A stretch of 64,000 bases of DNA from Mobula hypostoma (GCF_963921235.1 NC_086097.1:54996001-55060000); one strand, 5' to 3'; positions 1 to 12,950 are shown, numbered from the stretch's first letter. The notes: generated from the sequence alone by a model not told the origin. Translations and numbers: made by a program.

Positions 1-1517
1 AATTTGGAAGTGCCTGTTGACAGGTAAGGGGGTGTCTGCCATGTGGGAGGACTTTGGAAAGTGAGCAGCAAGGCTGGCAGGATTAGGGAAACCTGGATGA
101 CTGGGATCTTGAGGATGTAGTCGGGGTGGGGGGGGAGGAGGCAACTAGGGTAAAGTAAATCTCTTGAATATGAGGGATTTAGAAGTACTTTTAAGAAGGA
201 GACCAGGCAGGAAGGGCAAATGAGATATCCTTGGCAGATCAGGCAAAAGAGAATCCTAAAAGATTCTTTAAGCATATTAGAGCACGATGATAACTGAGGA
301 GAGAATAGGTCCCCTTAAAAATCAGTGTGATGAGTGAGGTCTTGTATAACTTTTTTTCCCTCTGTATTTACTGTGGAGAAGGTCATGGAAGCTAATAAGC
401 TCAAGAACAGTAAATTCATCGTGAAATAACTTACCAACGTTATGAAAGAGATGTTGGTGATCCTGAAGCACACAAGGTGGATAAATCCCTAGGGGCCATC
501 CAAGTGTTTCCTAAAACATGGGGTTGGTTTATGATGTTAAAAGTTCGTTTCGTCACTTTTTTCGAGCTCTGTGCCTGAAGATTGCAAAGATCTTGCGTCT
601 TCGGGCCCACAGCGAAAGATTTTCCGGCCTCCCTGATGACACATGAGTCTCCTGCCGTGATACCGACCCTCGATCCGCCTGTCTGCAGAGCCCCGAGATC
701 TTAGGCTTCTGAACATGATCGAGAATCACAGGCCAAACTCTTGGCATGTCGAATAATGACCAGTCATGGAAACCCTAGGACGGGTCCCATTCCCACAAAG
801 AACTGAAGCCTGCATGTAACTCCAGGTTAGGGTCTTCAAAAGAACCCTGAAAGGGAAAAATGAAGATATTAAAGGTAGAAATAGAGCTGTTTACGAAGAT
901 GCAAGCAGAGGAGTCACCGTTAGGTGCCATTATCCCTCCTAAGCTCCGCCGCCTTCGATAACAATTATCTATGTGGGACTTAGCAAGACTTTTAACAAGG
1001 TCTTGCCTGGTTGGCTGGTCCAGAAGGTGGATCACATGGGATGCATGGTGTAACAGCTAACAGGATATAAAATTGGTTTGGTAATAGGAGTCAAAGGGTG
1101 GTGGTGAAGGATTTCTTTTCTAGATTCAGTTCCTGCGATGATGCCAAAAGTGGTGGTGTGTTGTTCAGTGACGAAAGTTGTCTGAGATTACAACAGTAGC
1201 TAGATCAACACAGAGGCAGAAAAACTTATGGTATCTACTATACATTAAGCATAAATTTATCAAGAACTACTTAACTACATTGCTTTACAACACAAAGGAA
1301 TGGCAGGTGGAATGTAACTCCGCGATGTGACACACTTGGAGAAATTAAACCAGAGCAGTGCATGGGCATTAAATGGCAGGGTCCTGGAGTGATGTGGATC
1401 AGCATTGTTGCACAGTGGTGAAGAAGACAAATGTCAAGGCATTGAGTACAAGAGTCGGAATTTCGTGTTACAGCTGAAACAAGACATTGGTGGGACAGCA
1501 CTTGGAGTAGTGTTCAT
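1..1517 (+). mobile_element. Degraded CR1-type LINE ORF2, interrupted at about 530-960
   Basis: CR1 nucleotide motifs (gagaatcctaaaagattc, gtggataaatccc, ggacttagcaag, gagtacaagag...cacttggagta). Confidence 0.75.
530..957 (-). mobile_element. CpG-richer interspersed insertion, family unassigned
   Basis: Abrupt change in composition inside the CR1 copy. The minus strand begins GGCGGCGGAGCTTAGGAGGGATAATGGCACCTAACGGTGACTCC, which looks like a non-LTR 5' leader. Confidence 0.4.
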
Positions 1518-1519
1518 TG

Positions 1520-2832
1520 AAGTGCAGAAGATGATCGGCAGATTCTTCCAATGATAGTGAAATCCAAAGTTCAGGACACAAGCTTGACAAATATTTGAAA
1601 GATGCATGACGTGCCAGAAAACACATTCTGGAGCAGCAGGAAAGTTACCAAGGTTAATTGCTCCCATCTCATCTGCTCCATTTTTACACTTACCAGTGGA
1701 CTACATTTATTTTCCAAAGCGTCAATGATACTCAGGAGGTACTGGTACTAGTGGACAAGTTTTCAAGCTGGGTGGAAACTATTCTAACAAGGAAAGCCAC
1801 TCTCACGTTATATTCCTGGATGGATATTGCTATGTCATATCAGCTCTGACCAAGAACACATTTCATTGGGAGTGTTTGTCAGGAATTATGTCGACTGATG
1901 AACAATGAATGGTCTTTTTTATTGTCCACGTCACCCAGAGTGATCAGGACAAGTCAAATGAATGAATGGAACCATCAAACAATGACCGAGTATCATGTGG
2001 AAGGTGTACCATGGCCTGTGGTTCTTCCTATGGTTTATTGTAGCATCAGAACAACCCCAAACAAGGAAACTAAACAAAGTCCATTGGAGGTGGTAACTGT
2101 CACTGCCAGGAGCTATCGATCTCAGAAAAGCTACACATTATGGCAGACAGTTTAGTTAAGTATTGTGTGAAATTAACCCAAGCTGTCCAGTCTGCTTCTC
2201 AACAGATTTCTGCTACTTGGAGCGATTCAAGAGAAGGAGAACACACCCTGATTCCTGGTGAGTGGGTCCTGATTGAGAAGCTACATAAGGAACCATTGGG
2301 AGATCGATGGAAAGAATGCTGTTAATTAACAACTCAGCAGTTAAAATGGATACACCTCAGCCACTGCAAGCGACCTAAAGTGGTACCCAACAAGGACAAC
2401 AAGTGCTAGTAACCTCTGACAGTGCCTGTGCTGCTGGGCTACAGTGAGAGAATCACTAACTAGCCAAAAAACATTGTAGAAAGTTGACTACTACTGGACA
2501 TTATAAAGTTGCTTCTAATATTAGTTATATTTTTGCCAATTTCCCCAACTTAGAATGGGTACTAATATTTGTACTAATAAGCTTTCTCATAGTTTACATC
2601 TTTTTACTTGTTTAAGGATGATCATTAATAGAATAGTTTGAACTTGTGTAAGTGTTGTCTACTAAGCTACCTAACCATGACATAATCCTATAATACCATG
2701 CTTTGATATTTCTGTAACTTAAGTATAAAATTATCAAAAACTACTTTATGTACAGTAGTTACAAATTCTTCTGTCTCTGAATTTTCAGATGCAATGATTC
2801 TAAATGTGTGATTTAGAATCAAAGGTGGGGAT
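1520..2832 (+). mobile_element. Endogenous retrovirus internal remnant (class I, gamma/epsilon-like integrase pseudogene, env vestige, PPT)
   Basis: Frameshifted integrase motifs: QIFERCMTCQK, LVLVDKFSSWVE, ISSDQ, CPRHPE*SGQVK*MNGTIK, WPVVLPMVYCSIRTTPNKET..SPLEVVT, LIPGEWVLIEK..PLGDRWK. Polypurine tract aaaggtgggga at 2821-2831. Confidence 0.85.
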
Positions 2833-3301
2833 TGTTGGATTGGACTAGTTAATTGATGTTTTCTTTGTAGCTTAACAATTACTTGCTAGTATTTTTGCAA
2901 CTATTTGTATATAGCTAATTGTTCAATATGTTTCCTAGTGGTCACAGTATGTATATGCAAATATTCAGTGTGTCCCCAAGTGGTTACAATACTATGTATC
3001 CTGGAAAGGTCAGGAAGCTTTTCTGATGCTGTACTATTTGAATAGGGGAAGTCTGGTTGGTTGACTCTTATCTACAAATTTGAATGGAATGTGCCTTATG
3101 GCTACAGAAAGTGCTGACCATGTGGCAGCACAATCTTTTTTGCTTCTCTCACCCTTCACTTATTAGACCTCTATGACTGTTTGTTTTTCAATTTTCTTTC
3201 TTCTGTTAATGCTTAATAAAATGATCCAGAAGCAACAAGTTTTGTGCCTCTTTCCTGACTTCTAAAATAGCCTAGTATTTAAAAAGCATCAGATTCCAAC
3301 A
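2833..3301 (+). mobile_element. 3' LTR of the ERV (469 bp)
   Basis: Starts TGTTGGA just after the PPT and ends TCCAACA (7-bp terminal inverted repeat); AATAAA at 3215-3220. Confidence 0.85.
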
Positions 3302-3544
3302 ATGCCATACTATAGGAAGGATTACAGCACAGAAATGGGGTCTTTGGCCCATGTAGTCTGTGCTGAACCATCAACTTGCGATTGGACCATTGCTGTCCAT
3401 ACCCCTCCCATCCATGTACCTATCCAAATTTCTCATAAATGTTGAAAGCAAACCTGAATCCACCACTTTAGCTGGCAGCTTGTTCCACACTCTCATCATC
3501 TCCTTTTACCCTTTTCACCTTTTACTCTTAACACATGCCTTTAG

Positions 3545-4515
3545 GAGCAGGAGTAGGCCATTTGGCCCATCGAGCCTGCCCCGCCATTCAATAAGATCAT
3601 GGCTCTGATCTGTCCGTAAACTCAGCTCCATCTACCTGCCTTTTCCCCATAATTCCCTTACTATGAAAAAATCTATCAACTGTTTCTTAAATATGTTTAG
3701 TGAGGAAGCCTCAACTGCTTCCCTGGGCAGAGAATTCCACAGATTCACCACTCTCTGGGGGAAAAACAGTTTCTCCTCATCTCTGTCCTAAATCTTCTCC
3801 CCTGAATCTTGAGGCAATGTCCCTTAGTTCTAGCCTTGCCTACCAATGGAAACAATTTTCCTACTTCTATCTTATCTATCCCTTTCAAAATTTTGTATGT
3901 TTCTATAAGATCCCCTCTCACTCTTCTGAATTCCAGAGAGTTTAGTCCCAGGCAACACAATCTCTCCTCATAGGTTAACCCCTTCATCCCTGGAATCAAT
4001 GTGGTGAACCTCCTCTGGACTGCCTCCAAAGCCAGTATATCCTTCCTCAAGTATGGAAACCAGAACTGCACACAGTACTCCAGGTGTGGCTTCACCTGTA
4101 CCCTGTATAGTTGCAGCATGACCTCCCAGCTCTTGAATTCAATCCCCTTAACAATGAAGGCCAACGTTCCATTTGCCGCCTTAATAACCTGTTGTACCTG
4201 CAAGCCAACTTTTTGTGATTCATGAGCAAGCACTCTCAAGTCCCTCTGCACAACAGCATGCTGTAATCTTTCACCATTTAGATAATAATCTGCTATTCTA
4301 TTATTCCTTCCAAAGTGGATGATCTCGCATTTACCAACGTTGTGTTCCATCTGCCAGATCTTTGCCCACTCACTTAACCTATCTATATCCCTCTGCAGAC
4401 TCTCCACATCCTCTGTACAATTTGCTTTTCCACTCAGTTTAGTGTCATCAGCAAATTTTGCTACGCTACACTCAGCCCCCTCTTTCAAATCATCAATGTA
4501 AATGGTAAACAGCTC
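3545..4515 (-). mobile_element. Younger 5'-truncated CR1 (RT C-terminus and 3' UTR)
   Basis: Open frame LFTIYIDDL...KFADDTKL...WQMEHNVGKC...PHLEYCVQFW...RVRGDLIETYKI. Confidence 0.9.
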
Positions 4516-4902
4516 TAGTCTACCATTTTTCTCAGTTCTAGTCTGACACAACCTCAGTGGAAAAAGCTTGTTTTCATTTACCCTATTTATACCCCTGATA
4601 ATTTTGTATACCTCCATCAAATCACCTATCATTTTCCTACGCTCTAGGGAACAAAGTCCAAACCTATTCGACCTTATGACTTAGGTCCTCAAGTCCTGGC
4701 AAAATCTTTGTAAATTTTTTCTGCACTCTTTCAATCTTATATCTTTTCTGTAGGTAGGTGACCAGAACTGCACATAATACTCCAAATTAGGCCTCACCAA
4801 CATCTTGTGCATCTTTAATGTAACATCCAAACTCCTCATACTCTGATTTATGAAGGCTAGTGTGCTGAAATCTTTCTTTACAACTCTGTCTAGCTGTGAC
4901 GC

Positions 4903-6865
4903 TTGTATGTGCTTGTCAGTATAAAAGGTAAACATAACAAGTGTAGGAAACCTTGGTTTCCAAGAGATATTGAGGCCCAGGTTAGGAGAAAAAAATGAGG
5001 TGCATAGCAGGTACAGGCAGGTAGGAACAAATGGGGTGCTTATGAAGTACAAGCATTGCACGAGAACACTGAAGAAAGAGATCAGGAGTGCCAAGAGAAA
5101 GGCATGAAGTTGTCCTAGTAGACAAGGTAAAGGAGAATCCTAAGGGATTCTACAGATATGCTAAAAGCAAAAGGATTGTGAGGGACAAAATTGGTCTTTT
5201 GGATGATCAGAATGGTAATGTATGGAGTCAAAACAGATGGGGGATATCTTAAATAAAGTGGTTTTTTTGCATCTGTATTTACTCAGGAGACGGACACAGT
5301 CTATAGAAATGAGGCAAAGTGGCGTCAATTTCATGGACCCTGTACAGATTACAGAGGAGGTGTTTGCTATCCTGAGGCAAATAAGGGTGGATAAATCCCC
5401 TGGGCCTAACAAGGTGTTCCCTCAGACTCTGTGGGAGGCAAGTGCAGAAATTGCCCTAGAAGTGCCTTAGCAGAGATATTTAAATCATCCTTAGCGAAAG
5501 GAGAGGTACCAGAGGAATGGTGGATAGCCAATGTTGTTTTGCTGTTTGAAGAAAGACTTTAAATGTAAACCAGGAAATTAAAAGCTGGTGAGTCTGACAT
5601 CAGATCTGGGAAAGATATTGGAAGGTATTCTAGGGGACTGGATACAAGTGTTTGGATAGACATGAACTGATTAAGAATAGTGTGTGGCAAGTCATGTCTA
5701 ACCAATCTTAGTTTTTCGAGGAAGTTACCAGGAAAGATGATGGCAAGGCAGTGGATGTTGTCTGCATGGACTTTAGCAAGGCATTGGACGAGGTCCCGCA
5801 TGGGTGGTTGGTTAAGAAGGTCAGTCGCTTGGCATTCGAGATGAGGTTGTAAATTGGATTAGATATCAGCTTTGCAGATGAAGCCAGAGAGTGGTTGTAG
5901 ATGGTTACATCTCTGACTGGAGGCCTGTGAAGAGTGGTGTGCAGCAGGGATCGGTGCTGGGTCCATTGTTGTTTGTCATCTGTATCAACAATTTGGTTTG
6001 CAGAAGACAGTGGGGAAGGCTATCATGGTTTGCAGGGGGATTTTGGATCAGCAGGAAAAACAGGCTGGAAAATGGCAGATGGAATTTAATTCAGACAAAT
6101 GTGTGGTGTTGCACTTTGGTAGGACCAACCTGGGTAGGTCTCACACAGTGAACAGTAGATCATTGAGGAGTGTGGTAGAACAAATGGATCTGAGAATACA
6201 GGTCCCTAATTTGTTGCAAGTGGCATCACAGGTAGATAGGGTTGTAATGAAAGCTTTTGGCATTTTAGCCTTAATAAATCAAAGTATTGAATAAAGGAGA
6301 TGGGATGTTATGTTGAAGGTGTATAAGATGCTGGTATGGCCTAATCTGGAGTATTGTGCACAGTTTTGGTCACCTACCTACAGGAAAGATGTAAATGAGG
6401 TTGAAAGATTACTGAGAAAATTTACAAGGATATTGCCAAGTTGACCTGAGTCATGAGGGAAGATTGAATAGGTTAGTTCTTTATTCCTTAGAGTGTAGAA
6501 GATAGAGAGGAAATTTGATAGCGGTGTACAAAATTGAGTATAGATAGGGTAAATGCAAGCAGGTTTTTTCCACTGAGGTTGGGTGGGACTACAAGTGGAG
6601 TTCATGGCTTAAGGGTGAAAGGTGAGGTTTAAGGGGAACATGAGGAGAAACTTCTTCACTCAGAGTTGTAAGAGTGTGGAGTGAGCTGCCTGGACAGGTG
6701 GTGCATGCGAGCTTGATTTCAAGGTTTAAGCAAGTTTGGATAGGGGTATGAAGTGCTATGGTCCTGAGGCAGGTCAATGGGAGTCGGCTGTTTAAATGGT
6801 TTCACTATGGACTTGATGGGCTGAAGGCCTGTTTCTGTGCTGTACTTTTCTATGACTCTATGATT
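4903..6865 (+). mobile_element. CR1 ORF2 3' half with tail
   Basis: [20 protein letters not shown] and [10 protein letters not shown]; ends in a (ctatga)-type tail. Confidence 0.9.
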
Positions 6866-7085
6866 CCACTTTCAAGGAATTATGGATCTGTATTCCCAGG
6901 TTCATCTGTTCTACCACATTCTTCAGTGCCCTGTTGTTCACCATGCAAGTCTTCCCAAAGTGCAACATCTCACATTTATCCAACTGCCATTTTTCAACCC
7001 ATTCTCCCAGCTGGTCCTGATCCCATTGTGAGCTTTGATTGCCTTTTTTTGCAGTCCACTACACCCCCAATCTTGGTGTCAAGCT

Positions 7086-8945
7086 AGATTGGGTGCAGGA
7101 AAGATTCACAAGGACTTTGTTGGTTCCTGTGGATTCGGGTTATGAGTAGAGCCTGGATACCCTCTGACTCTTCCCTGGAGTGAAGTGATCTTGAAGGGTT
7201 TTCTAACACATTCATTCTGTAGTGTGATGACGAGAACTATACACAGTCCTTCAAATGTGATCTAAACAATGTTTCTATAGCTGCAGTGTGAGTTCCCAAC
7301 TCTTGTACTCGATGCTCTGGCCTTTGAAGGCAAGTTTGCCTAAATCAGGAGGGACATAGATAAGTGGATGGTTAGTCTTTTTCCAACTTGAGCAAGTATA
7401 AAACTAGAGGGCATATGTTTAAGATGAGAGGGGAAAGATATGAAGAGACAGGTTTTTCATACAGGGTGGTGATTGTATAGAATGAGCTGCCAGTGAAAGT
7501 GGCAGTGGCAGGTCAGTTACAACATGTAAGATATTTGGATGTGTTCTTTGACATAAATAGACCAAATGTAGGCAAAGTAGACAAACTTGAGAAGGAATCT
7601 TGGTCAACATGGATGAGTTGGTGCAAGTAACTTCTTTGCATGTAGTACATCTTTAAGGCTACATATAGATTTCAAAGTTATAACTTTTATTATACAAAAT
7701 TGAGATCATTTCCACATTTCTCATTAAGTGTGATTATTCCTTTCTATATTATGTCCCTTTGACGTAAGAGCATGTAAATATTTTGTATGCTTGCCAATAG
7801 ACACTTCATTGGGCAAGCCAATAGAATAATTATTTGGACATCTCCAGTAAAGGTGTTATGAAATTTGCAAAATACTTGCAAGGCTGGACAGGTTGGATGA
7901 AAGGGAGGATGCTTCTTTGGGCTGGAGATAAGAATGAGGGATATTATCTTAGAATAAAGGGTAGGTCTCCTCTGCACCTTCTCTGAAGCTTCCATATCCT
8001 ATAATAAGGTGACCAGAACTGAACACCATACTCCAAGTCGGTCTAACCAGGGTTTTACAGAGATGCAATACCACCTCACAGTTCTTGAACTTAGTCCCTC
8101 CACTAATGAAGGAAAGTACACAATACACTTTCTGAACAATCCTGTAACCTTACACAGAAACTTTGAGGGATCTATGGATGTAGGCACTTAAGTTCCTTTT
8201 GCTCCTCCACGCTGCTAAGAATCCTGCCATTAACCCTTCAGGTTTGACCTTTCAAAGTGTATCGCTTCGTACATTCCCAGATTGAACTCCCATCTGCCAC
8301 TTCTCAGCCCAGCTCTGTATCCTATCAATGCATCCATAACTTTCCTATCATCTACTAATAGGCAAACCTACTAACTCACCCTATTTATAAATCCAAGTAT
8401 TTTATTTTTTAAAAATCACAAAGAACAGTGATCCAGAACAGATGCCTATGAAATATCACTACTCACCAATCTCCAGTAGAACACACTCATTTTCTACCAC
8501 CCTCTGCCTTCTGTGGGCATGCTAATTTGGAATTCGTATAGTCAGGTTTCCCTGGATTCAGTGCCTCCTGATTTTATGAGCCTACCATGGAAACCCTTGT
8601 TAACCACCTTACCAAAATCCATGTACATCACATCCACTGCTGTACCTTCATCAATTTCTTCTAGCTCTTCCTTGAAGAATTCAATCAGGCTCATGAGGCA
8701 AACATATGTCAATCTCTCCTACTTCCCATAGTAATTTGGGATATAACCTGTCTGGCACTTGGGGACTTGCTTATCCTAAATATTTTTCAGAAGTTCCAGC
8801 ACTTCTTTCTTAATCTCGACATGTTCCAGCATCTCAGCCTATTCTACACTGTCCCCACATTCGGCAAGGTCCCTCTCACTTGTGAATATAGAAGCAAAGT
8901 ATTCATTAAGGACCTCTTCTACCTTCTGTGACTCCAGGCACCTGT
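7086..8945. mobile_element. Older CR1 fragments (mostly + at 7086-7640, - at 7960-8945)
   Basis: Degenerate CR1 RT and 3' UTR motifs. Confidence 0.65.
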
Positions 8946-8947
8946 TA

Positions 8948-9428
8948 AGAGCAACACACACAAAATGCTGGAGCAACTCAGCAGGTCGGGCAGCATCTAT
9001 GCAAATAAATAAACAGTCAATGTTTTGGGCCAAGATCCTTAATCAGGCTGGAAAGGAGGAGGAGTGGGATGGGGTGGGGGAAGGGGAAGGAGTGCAAGCT
9101 AGAAGGTTGATAGGTAAAGCCAGGAGGGTGGGATATGTCATCTGGGTCACCTCCAGCCTAATGGCATGAACATCAGTTTCTCCAACTTCCAGTAATTTTT
9201 CCAATGACTCCTTCACTGTTCTTCAATTCCATTCTCTGAGCTCTTACCTCCTCTCCACAGCTGCCTATCACCTCCACCTTCTGCCCCTCCTCCCCTTTCT
9301 CCCATGGTCCACTCTCTGCTCCTGTCAGATTCCTTCTCCAGCCCTTTACCTTTTCCACCTATAACCTCTCTCACCTTATTCTGGCTTCTTCCTCCTTCCT
9401 TTCCAGTCCTGATGAAGGGTCTTGGCCT
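8948..9428. mobile_element. Older Penelope-like fragment with inverted halves
   Basis: 8948-9135 matches the terminal region on the minus strand. 9136-9428 matches the GIY-YIG end (LQPNGMNISFSNFQ) and tail on the plus strand. Decayed hammerhead cores at about 9014-9050 (-) and 9403-9428 (+). Confidence 0.75.
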
Positions 9429-9669
9429 TATTTTCCTTATTTGGTTGTTGCTGCTTTTGTCTGAAAGGCTGCATCCCCCAACAGTATCCAGAATGGAGAG
9501 GGAATAAAGACTGGGTACTCTTGTCTGCCCTTCCTGGTGGTTGGTCATCATTTCCTATTGAGCTGAACCTGTGCTATGCTTCCATCTATGACACTTTGTC
9601 CCCTAAGTTCTTCTGTGAGTCCACCTGCAGCTTAAAAATGAAAAGTAATTTTGTGTGACCTTATGAGAA

Positions 9670-10150
9670 ATATGTTTATTATTGTCACGTACCACGATAC
9701 AGTGAAAAACTTGTCTTGCATACTGTCCAAACAGATCAAATCATTATAGTGTATTGAAAGCAAAACAGTAACACAGTACCAAATAAAGTGCAACTATGAC
9801 AGAGAAAGTGCAGGCAGGCAGGCCATAAGGTGCAGCATGTTAATGAGATGGATTGTGAGGTCAAGATTCCAGCTATCGTACTCGGGAACCATTTAATAGT
9901 CTAATAATGTGGGTAGAAGCTGTCCCTGAGCCTGGTGGTCCATGCTTTTAGATTTTTGCATCTTCTGCGCAACGGGAGAGGGGAGAAGAGAGAATGTCCA
10001 GTTTGCGTGTGGTCTTTGATTATGATGACTGCTTTACTGAGGCAGCAAAAAGTATAGGCTGTCCATGGAGGGGAGGCTGGTTTCCGTGATGTGCTGAGCT
10101 GTGTCTGCAGTTCTGCAGTTTCTTGTATTCACAGGCAGAGCAATTGGCAT
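9670..10150 (-). mobile_element. Rex1/L2-like LINE 3' fragment
   Basis: Same sequence type as the copies at 29685, 42870, 59640 and 62575 (agaagctgtccctgagcctggtggt...). Confidence 0.65.
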
Positions 10151-10154
10151 ACCA

Positions 10155-10424
10155 TATAGTGCAGAATAGACCCTTCCGGCCCAATAAGCTGCACTGCCCA
10201 GAAACCTATCTATTTACACTCGCCCAATCATTGGACCATTTACAGTGACCAATTGACTTATTAACCGGTGCATCTTTCCACTGTGGGAGGAAACTGGAGC
10301 ACCCGGAGGAAATTCAAGCAGTTCGCAAGGAGAACATACAAACGGTGCCAGAATTGAACTCCAAACTCTGGAATGCTCTGAGCTATAATAGCCTTGTGCT
10401 AACTGCTACACTTCGTGGTGCCCC
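10155..10424 (-). mobile_element. tRNA-derived SINE (V-SINE/HE1-like)
   Basis: Minus-strand head with A box (tagcagttagc) and B box (ggagttcaattc), V-type domain (ttcctccgggtgctccagtttcctcccaca) and CR1-like tail. Confidence 0.75.
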
Positions 10425-11825
10425 AACGGTGACAATGATCATGATGAATGTATGATTGGAATTGGCAATGCATACATAGTTCTAACCTACTTGAGTTGAT
10501 TAGGCCAAGATCTTTGGGTCAAACTCTACTAGTTGTGAAAGTATCTTGTGTATTTTGTGCAGTAGAACTAAAAAAAAGAACTAATTTAAGTGTCCAATAA
10601 TTGGAGCTGAGTTTTGCCAGGCATTTTGTGTTGATGTATGTGCTAAAGGACAGAATTGAACTTTGTGTGTGTTTAAATATCCTACATATGTTTGATTTTC
10701 AATGTAACAGGTTTTAATTTGAAAAGTAAACAAAGGATCAGAGTTGTTGGCAGCATTGATTCTCTTGGAATGGAGGGAGTGAAAAATGAAATATACTCTT
10801 TATTGATTGTATAGTTTCATGACTAATTCTTTCACAAAATGTATAAGGTCATCAACAGAAATATTTTCTCATTCTCTGCTTCGATAATTCATGGTACTTT
10901 GCATGAGTAAGCTATCCTGCTATGACAGCTGGCTAACAGAGCAGTTAATATATGTTATGAACTCAGGGCTGAGCCTAAAACTAAGTAAGTCATCAGATAA
11001 TACTTTATAGGTTTGGCTTCTTTTATCAGTCAATTGCTTGTGATAACTAACAGCCCGCCCAAAGGAAACTTAACCTTTTTGTTTAGGAGTAATAAAATAT
11101 AACCATCTTGTGTGTCAGGTACTTTGTGCAAAATTCAAGTGCAGATGAGCCATATAGCATGGTGTTGGATATTTTTAAGGATGTGCTTGCCAAAAGGAAA
11201 ATAACTTTTTAAGATCAGCTCTACATTTTTTTGCATTGCTGTAAGTTGATTAGTACTCTGCTGCAGAAGTGGTATTGTACTTGATAGCAAAAATAGTTAG
11301 ATATGGATTTCTTGGACAGAATTTGCTACAAATGCTAAGTCAGAACTTGATCTCTGGAATATCTTGTAAAATTCCGTTGCTCTGAAGCTCAGCATTGGAA
11401 TCTTCTCGTCTAGCTTATGATTTGTTCTGTGACCATTCTTGTGCTATGTGCATATTTAGGTCAGAACCCATTATGAGAAATGGGTTACTTTATACTTGTC
11501 TAATTCTTTCTATGTTACTTTGAATTATGTAGTTTTTAACTATTTAGTAATATACTATTATGTATTTTCATTAGATGAATTTGTAGTTATAAACTCACTC
11601 CAGTCCTTTGCAAAGATAATTGCAAAGGTGCATATTTATCAGAGAATTTGGAATTTTATTTCCTTGTCCAAAAACAAGTTGAATTACAAATATGACTTTA
11701 ATGATTTTTAGTATCTGTTTATATTATTTGAAGTCAACAGAAGTGTGATTTGACTAACATTTGTGTACAATAAAACTAGTTTTGGTACTTCTCCATGTAA
11801 AGTAACATTATTTCCTCTCTTTCAG

Positions 11826-11941
11826 TCTGTTCTGAAGAAAATGTGATAATATTGTGTGGTAAGAAGCCATGCCAGATTTTCAGAGTTCATGATAAAATGG
11901 TGAAGGAAGTGACTGTATGCCTTACTTTGGAATTACCTCGG
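11826..11941 (+). other. FBXO34: Candidate 5' UTR exon of FBXO34
   Basis: Strong pyrimidine tract and acceptor (tttcctctctttcAG, ends 11825) and a consensus donor (CGG|GTAAGA at 11942) in non-repeat sequence upstream of the coding exon. No transcript evidence. Confidence 0.45.
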
Positions 11942-12659
11942 GTAAGAATGAGTTATTGATTGCTTATTCAATTCATTATTTAGTTGTATTCATGTATGGT
12001 TGAATGACAATTAAAATTGAATTGAATCCTCTTACATCAATTCACACAGACTTTTGTTCCCTTGAGCAAGTTCGCTTTGGTGTACTTCGGACTCCAAATG
12101 AGACACAAGGATGTGATATGATTTATGGTGGGTAGCTTAAAAAGGTATACTTACAAACTTAGTAGTTCTGTATTTAATCAGCCTGTTTCTGATTGCTTAG
12201 TTTCTCAGTTTGGTATTATCTACAAACTTTGAATGATTGGTTTCAATTCCCACTCCAACATATTAGATACATTATAAACAATATTTAGCCCAGCACTGTT
12301 CAATGATGAACTTGCAGGTTACATTGTTCAATGCTTGTCTATATCTTTATATCATTTGCTCTGTTTAAGATAGTTGTCCGTGAATTTTGGAAGTATTGCA
12401 ACTGTGGTTTGTATGCTAACTTTGTGCTAGTGCCTTGTTAGTACAATGTGAAAATAAACAACGAGATCATTATTCCTGAGTGTGAGAAATATCTGAAAGA
12501 ACACCGATGACTAGGTTATATCTATAAGTGTTCTACTGACCTCTGAGCTTTGGCTTTGTTTAAATATTAATTGGAAATTTTATCAGTTGAATCTAATTTT
12601 CTTCAAATCTTGGCAAGTTGCATTTATGACACTAATATTAAACCTTTTTTAAATTCCTG

Positions 12660-12950
12660 AAGTGTAGCAGGGTGGCACTGTTGGCTCACAGATCCAATGA
12701 GCATTGTTTGCTCCTGACCTCCAGTACTTGCAGTTATAGTTTGCTCTTCCCTGAGGTAGTCTGCTTTCCTCCAGAATACCAAAGAACTGCTGGTAGGTTA
12801 ATTGGCTTCTGTAACTTACTCCTAGTGTGGCAAAAATATCAAGGGGGAATTGAAAGCAATCAAGTGGGAATGTAGTTCAGGGAAATAAAGGATAGTGGGA
12901 CTGATGAGATATCTCTGGAAGGTAGCATCACCTGTTGAAAAGAAGTCTTC
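12660..12950 (+). mobile_element. Highly decayed V-type SINE
   Basis: Residual head and tttcctcca...ggtaggttaattggc..gtaa motifs. Confidence 0.5.

Larger units (their letters stand above)
3322..7085 (-). mobile_element. CR1 3' portion (host copy) split into three pieces: about 3322-3544, 4516-4902 and 6866-7085
   Basis: The pieces are collinear across the insertions, e.g. ...tagctgtgacgc|ccactttcaaggaattatgg. RT C-terminal peptides LVRPNLEYYVQFWSPTYRKD. Confidence 0.75.
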
